DNA of 8,583 bases from a virus (lineage: Duplodnaviria; Heunggongvirae; Uroviricota; Caudoviricetes). The translations under genes and the position numbers were made by a program. Of this stretch, positions 1 through 8,212 are shown one piece after another. Below the pieces are notes generated by a model that made no database searches, was not told the origin of the DNA, and saw only the letters and a program-made list of their open reading frames with translations. Positions within the stretch are counted from its first letter, which is position 1. Every line of letters starts with the position of its first letter. Where the stretch lies: IMG/VR virus record IMGVR_UViG_2663762939_000005; one strand, given 5' to 3'.

Positions 1-322
1 TTTTCCAGAGGCGGTCGAACTCCGCCTTCGCAAAATAAGCGGAAGCCTGGCGAAGGATATCGTTACTGCGGCGCAGTTCACGATTTTCACGTTCCAGCTC
101 TTTCAGACGCTGACGTTCAGCGGTGGTGAGCCCTCCATCACCGCCCCCGGTATCCCGCTCATGCTGGCGAACCCAGACACGCAGAGTCTCCGGCGTACAG
201 CCAATCTTTGGAGCAATGGAACAAATTGTCGCCCATTGTGAGTCATATTCGCTCTGACTTTCCAGAACCATACGGACTGCCCGTTGACGGACTTCGGGGG
301 AAAAACGAGTATTTTTAGTCAT
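1..322 (-). CDS. IS629 OrfA (transposase N-terminal HTH protein), 3' end truncated by the window edge
   Basis: ATG at 322-320 on the minus strand, preceded by GAGG. Translation reads [107 protein letters not shown] (107 codons in window), an IS3-family OrfA with HTH and leucine-zipper region. Stop codon and orfB lie outside the window. Confidence 0.9.
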   Translation of the reverse strand, partial: MTKNTRFSPEVRQRAVRMVLESQSEYDSQWATICSIAPKIGCTPETLRVWVRQHERDTGGGDGGLTTAERQRLKELERENRELRRSNDILRQASAYFAKAEFDRLWK

Positions 323-351
323 CCTGTTTACCTCTTTCTCAGGAAGTTTAG

Positions 352-376
352 TCTCCAGGATTCCCGGGGCGGTTCA
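352..376. repeat. IS629 terminal inverted repeat (left IR), outer end at 376
   Basis: 25-nt sequence tctccaggattcccggggcggttca; its reverse complement begins TGAACC as expected for an IS3-family end. The partner IR is outside the window. Confidence 0.75.
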
Positions 377-1567
377 AATCAACAGAATGCGTTACTAAGT
401 TCACAAACTGAATTAACCGTTAAATTAAGTTCCTCTGAACAGGAACTGGTTAAGTGGCGTCAGCAGATTGCCGACCTGGAGTCACGACCGTCATCGAAAT
501 TAACCAAGGATCAGAAATCGCTTCTCTTACACCGGGAAGAAATAACCGCGTTGATGGAGAAAAATGTTGCGATTGAAAAAAATAACAGGCTAATCAAGGA
601 ATCCGCCGAAATAGCTGCATGGCGTGATTCATTGCAGGCTTCGATTGATAATCGTCAACAGGGGTATGATATTCAGATTGCTGGTTATGGGGTTGGCGAT
701 AAAAATCAGCAACGCCAGCAGGAATTACTGCGGATTGAACGTGAATATAACAATCAGCGTCTGCAACTTGAACGTGACTATGCAGATAAATCCCGTGGGA
801 TGTCAAATCATGTTTTTCAGGAGAAAATGCAGGCTCTGAATGATGCTCTGGAACGAGAAAAAGAAATTGTCAGACAGAAAAACGAGCAGCTCGATATTCA
901 GGCAGGAGACTGGGTTAGTGGTGCCTCCCAGGGATTCAATAACTGGCTGGATGACACTAAGGATATCAGTGAGCAGATAAAATCAACCACGACTCAGATG
1001 TTTGATGGAATGACCGATGCGCTGGGTGATTTTGTCACGACAGGCAAAGCAAATTTTCGTTCTTTCGCTACTTCCGTGATTTCGGATCTTAGTCGAATAG
1101 CATTAAAGGCTTCAATTACTGGGATTTTCGACAGCATTAGTAACAGTTCTTCTGGGGGGATTTTAGGAACTATCGGGAGTGCTATTAGTAAATTTATTCC
1201 GAATGCAAAGGGCGGTGTTTATGAGTCTCCGTCATTGAACACGTATTCGAACGGTATTTATGATTCCCCGCAATTTTTTGCTTTTGCAAGAGGGGCTGGT
1301 GTTTTTGGTGAGGCTGGTCCGGAAGCCATTATGCCATTAACACGAACTTCCGATGGTTCTCTTGGTGTCAGAGCTGTTAATAGTAAAAGTGGTAATGGAG
1401 GCGGAGATATTACCTATGCCCCTGTATACCAAATCACTATTCAAAATGACGGCCAGAATGGAGAGATTGGCCCTCAGGCAATAAAAGCACTTATGGGGAT
1501 GGTTGATCAGCGGGTGCAGGGCAATCTGTTAAATATGCGACGTGATGGGGGAATGTTAAGTGGCTAA
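377..1567 (+). pseudogene. H: Tail tape-measure protein (lambda gpH-like), C-terminal ~396 codons; 5' part separated by the IS629 insertion
   Basis: Open frame runs from the IS junction at 377 to TAA at 1565-1567. Coiled-coil-like Q/E/R-rich stretch, then a Gly-rich C-terminal region (FAFARGAGVFGEAGPEAIMPL) typical of lambdoid tape-measure C-termini. Position immediately upstream of M matches lambda order. No plausible native start; the ORF-track start at 284 is a TTG inside the IS. Confidence 0.85.
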
Positions 1568-1898
1568 TACGGAAGAATTTCACTGGTTACCAGAGGATGG
1601 AATGAAAACAGAAAATAAACCATCGATAAAAACTGTAAGATTTGGCGATGGTTATGAGCAACGAAGTCCAAATGGACTTAATCATTCTCTGCGCGTTTTC
1701 ACCTGTGATTTCAAAGTTGAGGCGAATGAACGTGATTCATTTGAAAAATTTTTAGCCCGGCATGAAGGCTATAAATCTTTTTTTTGGCGCCCGCCGGGTA
1801 TTAACAGAAAAATCAGAGTGGTGTGTCGAACGTGGTCAGCGACAGAACATATCACCTATACCGATTTTTCGTGTCAGTTTGACGAAGTGGTGATCTGA
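1560..1898 (+). CDS. M: Minor tail protein M (lambda gpM-like)
   Basis: 112 aa with the conserved VRFGDGY motif and a lambda-M-like C-terminus (FDEVVI). GTG start at 1560 overlaps the H stop; the N-terminus aligns residue-for-residue with remembered lambda M (F-x-W ... RFGDGY). Alternative in-frame ATG at 1602 with AGAGGA upstream. Confidence 0.85.
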   Translation: MANTEEFHWLPEDGMKTENKPSIKTVRFGDGYEQRSPNGLNHSLRVFTCDFKVEANERDSFEKFLARHEGYKSFFWRPPGINRKIRVVCRTWSATEHITYTDFSCQFDEVVI

Positions 1899-2596
1899 TG
1901 CAGGACATACAACAGGAAACGCTGAATGAATGCATTCGTGCGGAGCAGTCGGCCAGCGTGGTGCTCTGGGAAATCGACCTGACCGAGGTAGGCGGGGATC
2001 GCTACTTTTTCTGTAATGAGCAGAACGAAAAAGGTGAGTCTGTCACCTGGCAGAGTCGGCAGTATCAGGCCTATCCCATTCAGGGGAGTGGATTTGAGAT
2101 GAACGGCAAGGGCAGTGCTGCCCGTCCGACACTGGCGGTCTCTAACCTGCACGGCATGATCACCGGGATGGCGGAAGATCTGCAGAGTCTGGTCGGCGGA
2201 ACGGTGGTCCGGCGTAAGGTTTACGCCCGCTTTCTGGATGCGGTGAACTTCGTCAACGGAAACAGCGAAGCCGATCCGGAGCAGGAGGTGATCAGCCGCT
2301 GGCGCATCGAGCAGTGCAGCGAACTGAGCGCGGTCAGTGCCTCTTTTGTACTGTCCACGCCGACTGAAACGGATGGCGCTGTTTTTCCGGGACGTATCAT
2401 GCTGGCCAACACCTGCACCTGGACCTATCGCGGCGATGAGTGCGGTTATAGCGGTCCGGCGGTCGCGGATGAATATGACCAGCCGACGTCCGATATCACG
2501 AAGGATAAATGCAGCAAATGCCTGAGTGGCTGTAAGTTTCGCAATAATGTCGGCAACTTTGGCAGCTTCCTTTCCATTAACAAACTTTCGCAGTAA
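1898..2596 (+). CDS. L: Minor tail protein L (lambda gpL-like)
   Basis: 232 aa, begins MQDIQQETLNEC and ends FLSINKLSQ, near-identical to remembered lambda L, with the C-terminal Cys cluster (CSKCLSGCKF). ATG overlaps the M stop in a TGATG arrangement as in lambda. Confidence 0.93.
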   Translation: MQDIQQETLNECIRAEQSASVVLWEIDLTEVGGDRYFFCNEQNEKGESVTWQSRQYQAYPIQGSGFEMNGKGSAARPTLAVSNLHGMITGMAEDLQSLVGGTVVRRKVYARFLDAVNFVNGNSEADPEQEVISRWRIEQCSELSAVSASFVLSTPTETDGAVFPGRIMLANTCTWTYRGDECGYSGPAVADEYDQPTSDITKDKCSKCLSGCKFRNNVGNFGSFLSINKLSQ

Positions 2597-2601
2597 ATCC
2601 C

Positions 2602-3345
2602 ATGACAGAGACAGAATCAGCGATTCTGGCGCACGCCCGGCGATGTGCGCCAGCGGAGTCGTGCGGCTTCGTGGTGAGAACGCCGGAGGAGGAAAGATAT
2701 TTTCCCTGCGTGAATATCTCCGGTGAGCCGGAGGAGTATTTCCGGATGTCGCCGGAGGACTGGCTGAGTGCAGAAATGCAGGGAGAGATTGTGGCGCTGG
2801 TCCACAGCCACCCCGGTGGTCTGCCCTGGCTGAGTGAGGCCGACCGGCGGCTGCAGGTACAGAGTGATTTGCCGTGGTGGCTGGTCTGCCGGGGGGCGAT
2901 TCATAAATTCCGCTGTGTGCCGCATCTCACCGGGCGGCGCTTTGAGCACGGGGTAACGGACTGTTACACGCTGTTCCGGGACGCTTACCATCTGGCGGGA
3001 ATTGAGATGCCGGATTTTCATCGCGGGGATGACTGGTGGCGTAACGGTCAGAATCTCTATCTGGATAATCTGGAGGCCACAGGGCTGTATCAGGTGCCGT
3101 TGTCAGCGGCGCAGCCGGGCGATGTGCTGCTGTGCTGTTTTGGTTCATCGGTGCCGAATCATGCCGCCATTTACTGTGGTGACAGCGAGCTGCTGCACCA
3201 TATTCCTGAACAACTGAGCAAACGAGAGAGGTACACCGACAAATGGCAGCGACGCACACACTCCCTCTGGCGTCACCGGGCATGGCACGCATCTGCCTTT
3301 ACGGGGATTTACAACGATTTGGCCGCCGCATCGACCTTCGAGTGA
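2602..3345 (+). CDS. K: Tail tip assembly protein K (JAB/MPN metalloprotease-like N-terminal domain plus NlpC/P60-like C-terminal domain)
   Basis: 247-aa ORF starting 6 nt after the L stop. Contains HSHPGGLPWLSEAD (H-x-H-x7-S-x2-D JAMM-like motif) with a candidate upstream Glu in APAESCG, and a candidate Cys/His set (TDCYTL, NHAAIY, LLHHIP). The classical lambda annotation corresponds to the internal ATG at 2746 (GAGGAG RBS at 2731-2736), but the JAB-like domain extends upstream of it, so the 2602 start is preferred. Confidence 0.82.
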   Translation: MTETESAILAHARRCAPAESCGFVVRTPEEERYFPCVNISGEPEEYFRMSPEDWLSAEMQGEIVALVHSHPGGLPWLSEADRRLQVQSDLPWWLVCRGAIHKFRCVPHLTGRRFEHGVTDCYTLFRDAYHLAGIEMPDFHRGDDWWRNGQNLYLDNLEATGLYQVPLSAAQPGDVLLCCFGSSVPNHAAIYCGDSELLHHIPEQLSKRERYTDKWQRRTHSLWRHRAWHASAFTGIYNDLAAASTFE

Positions 3346-3884
3346 AAACGGGGTCCGAAGCCATCCGGGCGCTGGCCATGCAGATCCCGGCATTTCGTCA
3401 GAAACTGAGCGACGGCTGGTACCAGGTACGCATTGCCGGGCGTGATGCAGGTGAAACCGAATTGTCTGCCCGTCTTAATGAGCCGCTGGAAAATGGTGCC
3501 GTGATCCATATCGTGCCGCGTCTGGCAGGAGCCAAAAGTGGCGGTGTGTTTCAGGCTGTGCTGGGGGCGGCTGTTATGGCGGTTGCTATATGGATGCCGG
3601 GGGTAGGAATTATGGCGAGTAATCTGCTGTTTTCTCTCGGTGCCAGTATGACGCTTGGCGGTGTTGCACAGATGCTGGCCCCTAAACCCAAAACCCCCCG
3701 CACACAGACAACGGATAACGGCAAACAGAACACCTATTTTTCTTCACTGGATAACATGGTTGCCCAGGGCAATGTTCTGCCGGTTCTGTACGGTGAAATG
3801 CGCGTGGGGTCACGCGTGGTTTCTCAGGAGATCAGCACGGCAGACGAAGGGGATGGTGGTCAGGTTGTGGTGATTGGTCGCTGA
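3243..3884 (+). CDS. I: Tail assembly protein I (lambda gpI-like)
   Basis: 213 aa, begins MAATHTLPLASPGMARICLYGDLQRFGRRIDLRV and ends GDGGQVVVIGR, matching remembered lambda I. Start overlaps the 3' end of K by 103 nt in another frame, as in lambda. GAGAGAGG upstream. Confidence 0.9.
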   Translation: MAATHTLPLASPGMARICLYGDLQRFGRRIDLRVKTGSEAIRALAMQIPAFRQKLSDGWYQVRIAGRDAGETELSARLNEPLENGAVIHIVPRLAGAKSGGVFQAVLGAAVMAVAIWMPGVGIMASNLLFSLGASMTLGGVAQMLAPKPKTPRTQTTDNGKQNTYFSSLDNMVAQGNVLPVLYGEMRVGSRVVSQEISTADEGDGGQVVVIGR

Positions 3885-3902
3885 TGCAAAATGTTTTATG
3901 TG

Positions 3903-3922
3903 AAACCGCCTCCGGGCGGTTT
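3903..3922 (+). other. Intergenic hairpin between I and J (8-bp stem aaaccgcc/ggcggttt, loop tccg)
   Basis: Perfect inverted repeat read directly, followed by tatcgttt (weak U-tract). It sits inside the late operon, so probably a conserved RNA structure rather than a full terminator. Confidence 0.45.
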
Positions 3923-3944
3923 TATCGTTTATGGAGCATGACGA

Positions 3945-6900
3945 ATGGGTAAAGGCAGCAGTAAGGGGCATACCCCGCGCGAAGCGAAGGACAACCTGAA
4001 GTCCACGCAGCTGCTGAGTGTGATCGATGCCATCAGCGAAGGGCCGGTTGAAGGTCCGGTGGATGGATTAAAAAGCGTGCTGCTGAACAGTACGCCGGTG
4101 CTGGACAGTGAGGGGAATACCAATATATCCGGCGTCACGGTGGTGTTCCGGGCCGGTGAGCAGGAGCAGACACCGCCGGAGGGATTTGAATCCTCCGGCT
4201 CCGAGACGGTGCTGGGTACGGAAGTGAAGTACGACACGCCGATTACCCGGACCATCACGTCGGCAAACATCGACCGTCTGCGCTTTACCTTCGGTGTGCA
4301 GGCACTGGTGGAAACCACCTCAAAGGGGGACCGGAATCCGTCGGAAGTCCGCCTGCTGGTTCAGATACAGCGTAATGGTGGCTGGGTGACGGAAAAAGAC
4401 ATCACCATTAAAGGCAAAACCACCTCACAGTATCTGGCCTCGGTGGTGGTGGGTGACCTGCCGCCGCGTCCGTTCAATATCCGGATGCGCAGGATGACGC
4501 CGGACAGCACCACAGACCAGCTGCAGAACAAAACGCTCTGGTCGTCATACACCGAAATCATCGATGTGAAACAGTGCTACCCGAACACGGCACTGGTCGG
4601 CGTACAGGTGGATTCGGAGCAGTTCGGCAGCCAGCAGGTGAGCCGTAATTATCATCTGCGCGGGCGTATTCTGCAGGTGCCGTCGAACTATAACCCGCAG
4701 ACTCGGCAATACAGCGGTATCTGGGACGGAACGTTTAAGCCAGCATACAGCAATAACATGGCCTGGTGTCTGTGGGATATGCTGACCCATCCACGCTACG
4801 GCATGGGGAAACGTCTTGGTGCGGCGGATGTGGACAAATGGGCGCTGTATGTCATCGGCCAGTACTGCGACCAGTCAGTGCCGGACGGCTTTGGCGGCAC
4901 GGAGCCGCGCATCACCTGTAATGCGTACCTGACCACACAGCGCAAGGCGTGGGATGTGCTCAGTGATTTCTGCTCGGCGATGCGCTGTATGCCGGTATGG
5001 AACGGGCAGACGCTGACGTTCGTGCAGGACCGACCGTCGGATAAGGTGTGGACCTATAACCGCAGTAATGTGGTGATGCCGGATGATGGCGCGCCGTTCC
5101 GCTACAGCTTCAGCGCCCTGAAGGACCGCCATAATGCCGTTGAGGTGAACTGGATTGACCCGGATAACGGCTGGGAGACGGCGACAGAGCTTGTTGAAGA
5201 TACGCAGGCCATTGCCCGTTACGGTCGTAACGTCACGAAGATGGATGCCTTTGGCTGTACCAGCCGGGGGCAGGCACACCGCGCCGGGCTGTGGCTGATT
5301 AAAACGGAGCTGCTGGAAACGCAGACCGTGGACTTCAGCGTGGGCGCAGAAGGGCTTCGCCATGTACCGGGCGATGTCATTGAAATCTGTGATGATGACT
5401 ATGCGGGTATCAGCATCGGCGGGCGCGTGCTGGCGGTGAACAGCCAGACGCGGACGCTGACGCTCGACCGTGAAATCACGCTGCCATCCTCCGGCATCAC
5501 GCTGATAAGCCTGGTTGACGGACAGGGGAATCCGGTCAGCGTGGAGGTTCAGTCCGTCACCGACGGCGTGAAGGTAAAAGTGAGCCGTGTTCCTGGCGGT
5601 GTTGCTGAATACAGCGTATGGGGGCTGAAGCTGCCGACGCTGCGCCAGCGACTGTTCCGCTGCGTGAGTATCCGTGAGAACGACGACGGCACGTATGCCA
5701 TCACCGCCGTGCAGCATGTGCCGGAGAAAGAGGCCATCGTGGATAACGGGGCGCACTTTGACGGCGACCAGAGCGGCACGGTGAATGGTGTCACGCCGCC
5801 AGCGGTGCAGCACCTGACCGCCGAAGTCACCGCAGACAGCGGGGAATATCAGGTGCTGGCGCGATGGGACACGCCGAAGGTGGTGAAGGGCGTGAGCTTT
5901 ATGCTTCGTCTGACCGTGGCAGCGGATGACGGCAGTGAGCGGCTGGTCAGCACGGCCAGGACGACGGAAACCACATACCGCTTCACGCAACTGGCGCTGG
6001 GAAACTACAGGCTGACAGTCCGGGCGGCAAATGCCTGGGGGCAGCAGGGCGATCCGGCATCGGTATCGTTCCGGATTGCCGCACCGGCAGCGCCGTCGCG
6101 GATTGAGCTGACGCCGGGCTATTTTCAGATAACCGCCACGCCGTATCTTGCCGTTTATGATCCGACGGTACAGTTTGAGTTCTGGTTCTCGGAAAAGCGG
6201 ATTGCGGATATCAGGCAGGTTGAAACCACAGCCCGCTATCTTGGCACGGCGCTGTACTGGATAGCTGCCAGTATCAATATCAAGCCGGGCCATGATTATT
6301 ATTTTTACATCCGCAGTGTGAACACCGTTGGCAAATCGGCATTCGTGGAGGCTGTTGGCCAGCCGAGTGATGATGCATCCGGCTATCTGGATTTTTTCAA
6401 AGGCGAGATAGGGAAAAGCCATCTGGCTCAGGAGCTGTGGACGCAGATTGATAACGGTCAGCTTGCGCCTGACCTGGCGGAAATCAGAACGTCCATCACG
6501 GATGTCAGTAATGAAATCACGCAGACCGTCAATAAGAAACTGGAAGACCAGAGTGCAGCGATCCAGCAGATACAGAAGGTTCAGGTTGATACAAATAATA
6601 ACCTGAACAGCATGTGGGCTGTGAAGCTGCAGCAGATGCAGGACGGACGCCTTTATATCGCGGGTATTGGTGCCGGTATTGAAAACACCCCTGACGGCAT
6701 GCAGAGTCAGGTGCTGCTGGCGGCAGACAGGATTGCGATGATTAATCCTGCGAATGGCAACACAAAGCCGATGTTTGTTGGGCAGGGCGATCAGATATTC
6801 ATGAACGAAGTGTTCCTGAAATATCTGACGGCTCCCACCATTACCAGCGGCGGTAATCCTCCGGCATTTTCCCTGACACCGGACGGGCGGCTGACGGCGA

Positions 6901-7424
6901 AAAATGCCGATATCAGCGGTAACGTGAATGCGAACTCCGGGACGCTCAACAACGTCACGATTAACGAGAACTGCCGGGTTCTGGGAAAACTGTCCGCGAA
7001 CCAGATTGAAGGCGATCTCGTTAAAACAGTGGGCAAAGCTTTCCCCCGGGACTCCCGTGCACCGGAACGGTGGCCATCAGGGACCATTACCGTCAGGATT
7101 TATGACGATCAGCCGTTTGACCGGCAGATTGTTATTCCGGCGGTGGCATTCAGCGGCGCTAAACATGAGAGAGAGCATACTGATATTTACTCCTCATGCC
7201 GTCTGATAGTGCGGAAAAACGGTGCTGAAATTTATAACCGTACCGCGCTGGATAATACGCTGATTTACAGTGGCGTTATTGATATGCCTGCCGGTCACGG
7301 TCACATGACGCTGGAGTTTTCGGTGTCAGCATGGCTGGTAAATGACTGGTATCCCACAGCAAGTATCAGCGATTTGCTGGTTGTGGTGATGAAGAAAGCC
7401 ACCGCAGGCATCAGTATCAGCTGA
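3945..7424 (+). CDS. J: Central tail fibre / host-specificity protein J (lambda gpJ-like), 1159 aa
   Basis: Begins [34 protein letters not shown] and follows remembered lambda J for most of its length. GGAG RBS 8 nt upstream of the ATG. Stop TGA at 7422-7424. Confidence 0.95.
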   Translation: MGKGSSKGHTPREAKDNLKSTQLLSVIDAISEGPVEGPVDGLKSVLLNSTPVLDSEGNTNISGVTVVFRAGEQEQTPPEGFESSGSETVLGTEVKYDTPITRTITSANIDRLRFTFGVQALVETTSKGDRNPSEVRLLVQIQRNGGWVTEKDITIKGKTTSQYLASVVVGDLPPRPFNIRMRRMTPDSTTDQLQNKTLWSSYTEIIDVKQCYPNTALVGVQVDSEQFGSQQVSRNYHLRGRILQVPSNYNPQTRQYSGIWDGTFKPAYSNNMAWCLWDMLTHPRYGMGKRLGAADVDKWALYVIGQYCDQSVPDGFGGTEPRITCNAYLTTQRKAWDVLSDFCSAMRCMPVWNGQTLTFVQDRPSDKVWTYNRSNVVMPDDGAPFRYSFSALKDRHNAVEVNWIDPDNGWETATELVEDTQAIARYGRNVTKMDAFGCTSRGQAHRAGLWLIKTELLETQTVDFSVGAEGLRHVPGDVIEICDDDYAGISIGGRVLAVNSQTRTLTLDREITLPSSGITLISLVDGQGNPVSVEVQSVTDGVKVKVSRVPGGVAEYSVWGLKLPTLRQRLFRCVSIRENDDGTYAITAVQHVPEKEAIVDNGAHFDGDQSGTVNGVTPPAVQHLTAEVTADSGEYQVLARWDTPKVVKGVSFMLRLTVAADDGSERLVSTARTTETTYRFTQLALGNYRLTVRAANAWGQQGDPASVSFRIAAPAAPSRIELTPGYFQITATPYLAVYDPTVQFEFWFSEKRIADIRQVETTARYLGTALYWIAASINIKPGHDYYFYIRSVNTVGKSAFVEAVGQPSDDASGYLDFFKGEIGKSHLAQELWTQIDNGQLAPDLAEIRTSITDVSNEITQTVNKKLEDQSAAIQQIQKVQVDTNNNLNSMWAVKLQQMQDGRLYIAGIGAGIENTPDGMQSQVLLAADRIAMINPANGNTKPMFVGQGDQIFMNEVFLKYLTAPTITSGGNPPAFSLTPDGRLTAKNADISGNVNANSGTLNNVTINENCRVLGKLSANQIEGDLVKTVGKAFPRDSRAPERWPSGTITVRIYDDQPFDRQIVIPAVAFSGAKHEREHTDIYSSCRLIVRKNGAEIYNRTALDNTLIYSGVIDMPAGHGHMTLEFSVSAWLVNDWYPTASISDLLVVVMKKATAGISIS

Positions 7425-7443
7425 ATTTTATAACCCCAATACG

Positions 7444-7467
7444 GGCGTCAGAAATGACGCCTTTTTT
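7444..7467 (+). terminator. Rho-independent terminator candidate downstream of J
   Basis: Stem ggcgtca (7444-7450), loop gaaa, stem tgacgcc (7455-7461), then T6 (7462-7467). Confidence 0.6.
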
Positions 7468-7491
7468 ATTGCAGAAAAGCGAGAGGTAATT

Positions 7492-8091
7492 ATGCGTAAA
7501 TTATGTGCTGTTATTCTGTCCGCAGTAGTCTGGCTGGTTGCTGCTGGTACGCCAGCGAGCGCAGCAGAGCATCAGTCCACACTAAGCGCCGGGTATCTTC
7601 AGACCCATACTGATATGCCCGGCAACGATGACCTGAAGGGCATTAACGTGAAATACCGTTATGAATTTACGGACACGCTGGGGCTGGTGACGTCATTCAG
7701 TTATGCCAATGCCAAAGATGAGCAAAAAACGCATTACAGCGATACCCGCTGGCATGAAGATTCAGTGCGTAACCGCTGGTTCAGCATGATGGCGGGGCCG
7801 TCTGTACGCGTGAATGAATGGTTCAGTGCTTATGCGATGGCAGGTGTGGCTTACAGCCGTGTTTCAACGTTCTCCGGGGATTATCTCCGCGTAACTGACA
7901 GCAAGGGGAAAACGCACGATGTGCTGACTGGAAGTGATGACGGTCGCCACAGCAACACGTCTCTGGCGTGGGGGGCTGGCGTGCAGTTTAACCCGACCGA
8001 ATCCGTGGCCATTGATATTGCTTATGAAGGCTCCGGCAGTGGTGACTGGCGCACTGACGGTTTCATCGTGGGTGTCGGTTATAAATTCTGA
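7492..8091 (+). CDS. lom: Lom-like outer membrane protein (Ail/Lom/PagC family beta-barrel)
   Basis: 199 aa with an N-terminal signal peptide (hydrophobic core, ASA-AEH cleavage-like site), alternating aromatic/hydrophilic beta-strand pattern, and a C-terminus AYEGSGSGDWRTDGFIVGVGYKF matching remembered lambda Lom, ending in Phe. GAGAGG RBS at 7481-7486. Position just after J as in lambda. Confidence 0.9.
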   Translation: MRKLCAVILSAVVWLVAAGTPASAAEHQSTLSAGYLQTHTDMPGNDDLKGINVKYRYEFTDTLGLVTSFSYANAKDEQKTHYSDTRWHEDSVRNRWFSMMAGPSVRVNEWFSAYAMAGVAYSRVSTFSGDYLRVTDSKGKTHDVLTGSDDGRHSNTSLAWGAGVQFNPTESVAIDIAYEGSGSGDWRTDGFIVGVGYKF

Positions 8092-8117
8092 TTAGCCAGG
8101 TAACACAGTGTTATGAC

Positions 8118-8146
8118 AGCCCGCCGGTTCAGGCGGGCTTTTTTGT
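8118..8146 (+). terminator. Rho-independent terminator downstream of lom
   Basis: Stem gcccgcc (8119-8125), loop ggttca, stem ggcgggc (8132-8138), then T-run 8139-8145. Confidence 0.7.
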
Positions 8147-8156
8147 GCACAGAAAA

Positions 8157-8175
8157 CCCCCAGCTAGGCTGGGGG
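8157..8175 (+). promoter_or_regulatory. IS200 left-end perfect palindrome (8-bp stem cccccagc/gctggggg, loop tag)
   Basis: Read directly. Matches the subterminal left-end hairpin that IS200/IS605 elements carry for TnpA recognition, reported for IS200 to block read-through transcription. Confidence 0.55.
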
Positions 8176-8212
8176 TTCCGGAAAGCTTTCAGCTTTAAGC
8201 CAGTTATTAAAA

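Larger units (their letters stand above)
1..376 (-). mobile_element. IS629-type (IS3 family) insertion sequence, left end only; the element continues beyond the window start
   Basis: Reverse complement of 352-376 reads TGAACCGCCCCGGGAATCCTGGAGA, the IS629 terminal repeat with the IS3-family TG end as I remember it, followed by the orfA RBS and ATG. The minus-strand translation matches the IS629 OrfA N-terminus. The element ends at 376, where unrelated tape-measure coding sequence starts. Confidence 0.88.

Noticed and set aside
284-376. 5' extension of the ORF-track entry 284..1567
   Set aside because: This part is IS629 sequence (antisense to orfA) and starts at a TTG with no RBS; the real feature is the tape-measure fragment starting at the IS junction (377). 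Kept only as a low-interest read-through possibility.
594-4790. Many short ORFs of 60-134 aa overlapping H, M, L, K, I and J on either strand (594..806-, 624..839+, 1874..2152-, 2221..2418-, 2337..2525+, 2526..2726+, 2617..3021-, 2927..3292-, 3002..3217+, 3145..3393-, 3309..3509-, 3551..3733-, 3655..3873+, 3929..4318-, 4361..4561-, 4545..4790-)
   Set aside because: All lie within or antisense to strongly supported tail genes and have no family resemblance or translation signals; expected by chance in GC-rich coding DNA.
4875-6422. 515-aa ORF on the minus strand, entirely inside J
   Set aside because: Antisense to a well-supported GC-rich gene; product is Arg/Ala/Pro-rich low-complexity with no recognisable motifs and no RBS context. 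Typical shadow ORF.
5549-7206. Short ORFs inside J (5549..5830-, 6791..7087-, 6928..7206+)
   Set aside because: Same reasoning: embedded in J in other frames, low-complexity products.
8118-8146. Possibility that the 8118-8146 terminator hairpin is the IS200 left-end terminator rather than the lom terminator
   Set aside because: Placing the IS end before this hairpin would put the RBS-sequestering stem-loop and ATG about 40 nt further into the element than I remember for IS200, whereas an end near 8146 fits both internal hairpins. Not fully excluded without a reference alignment.
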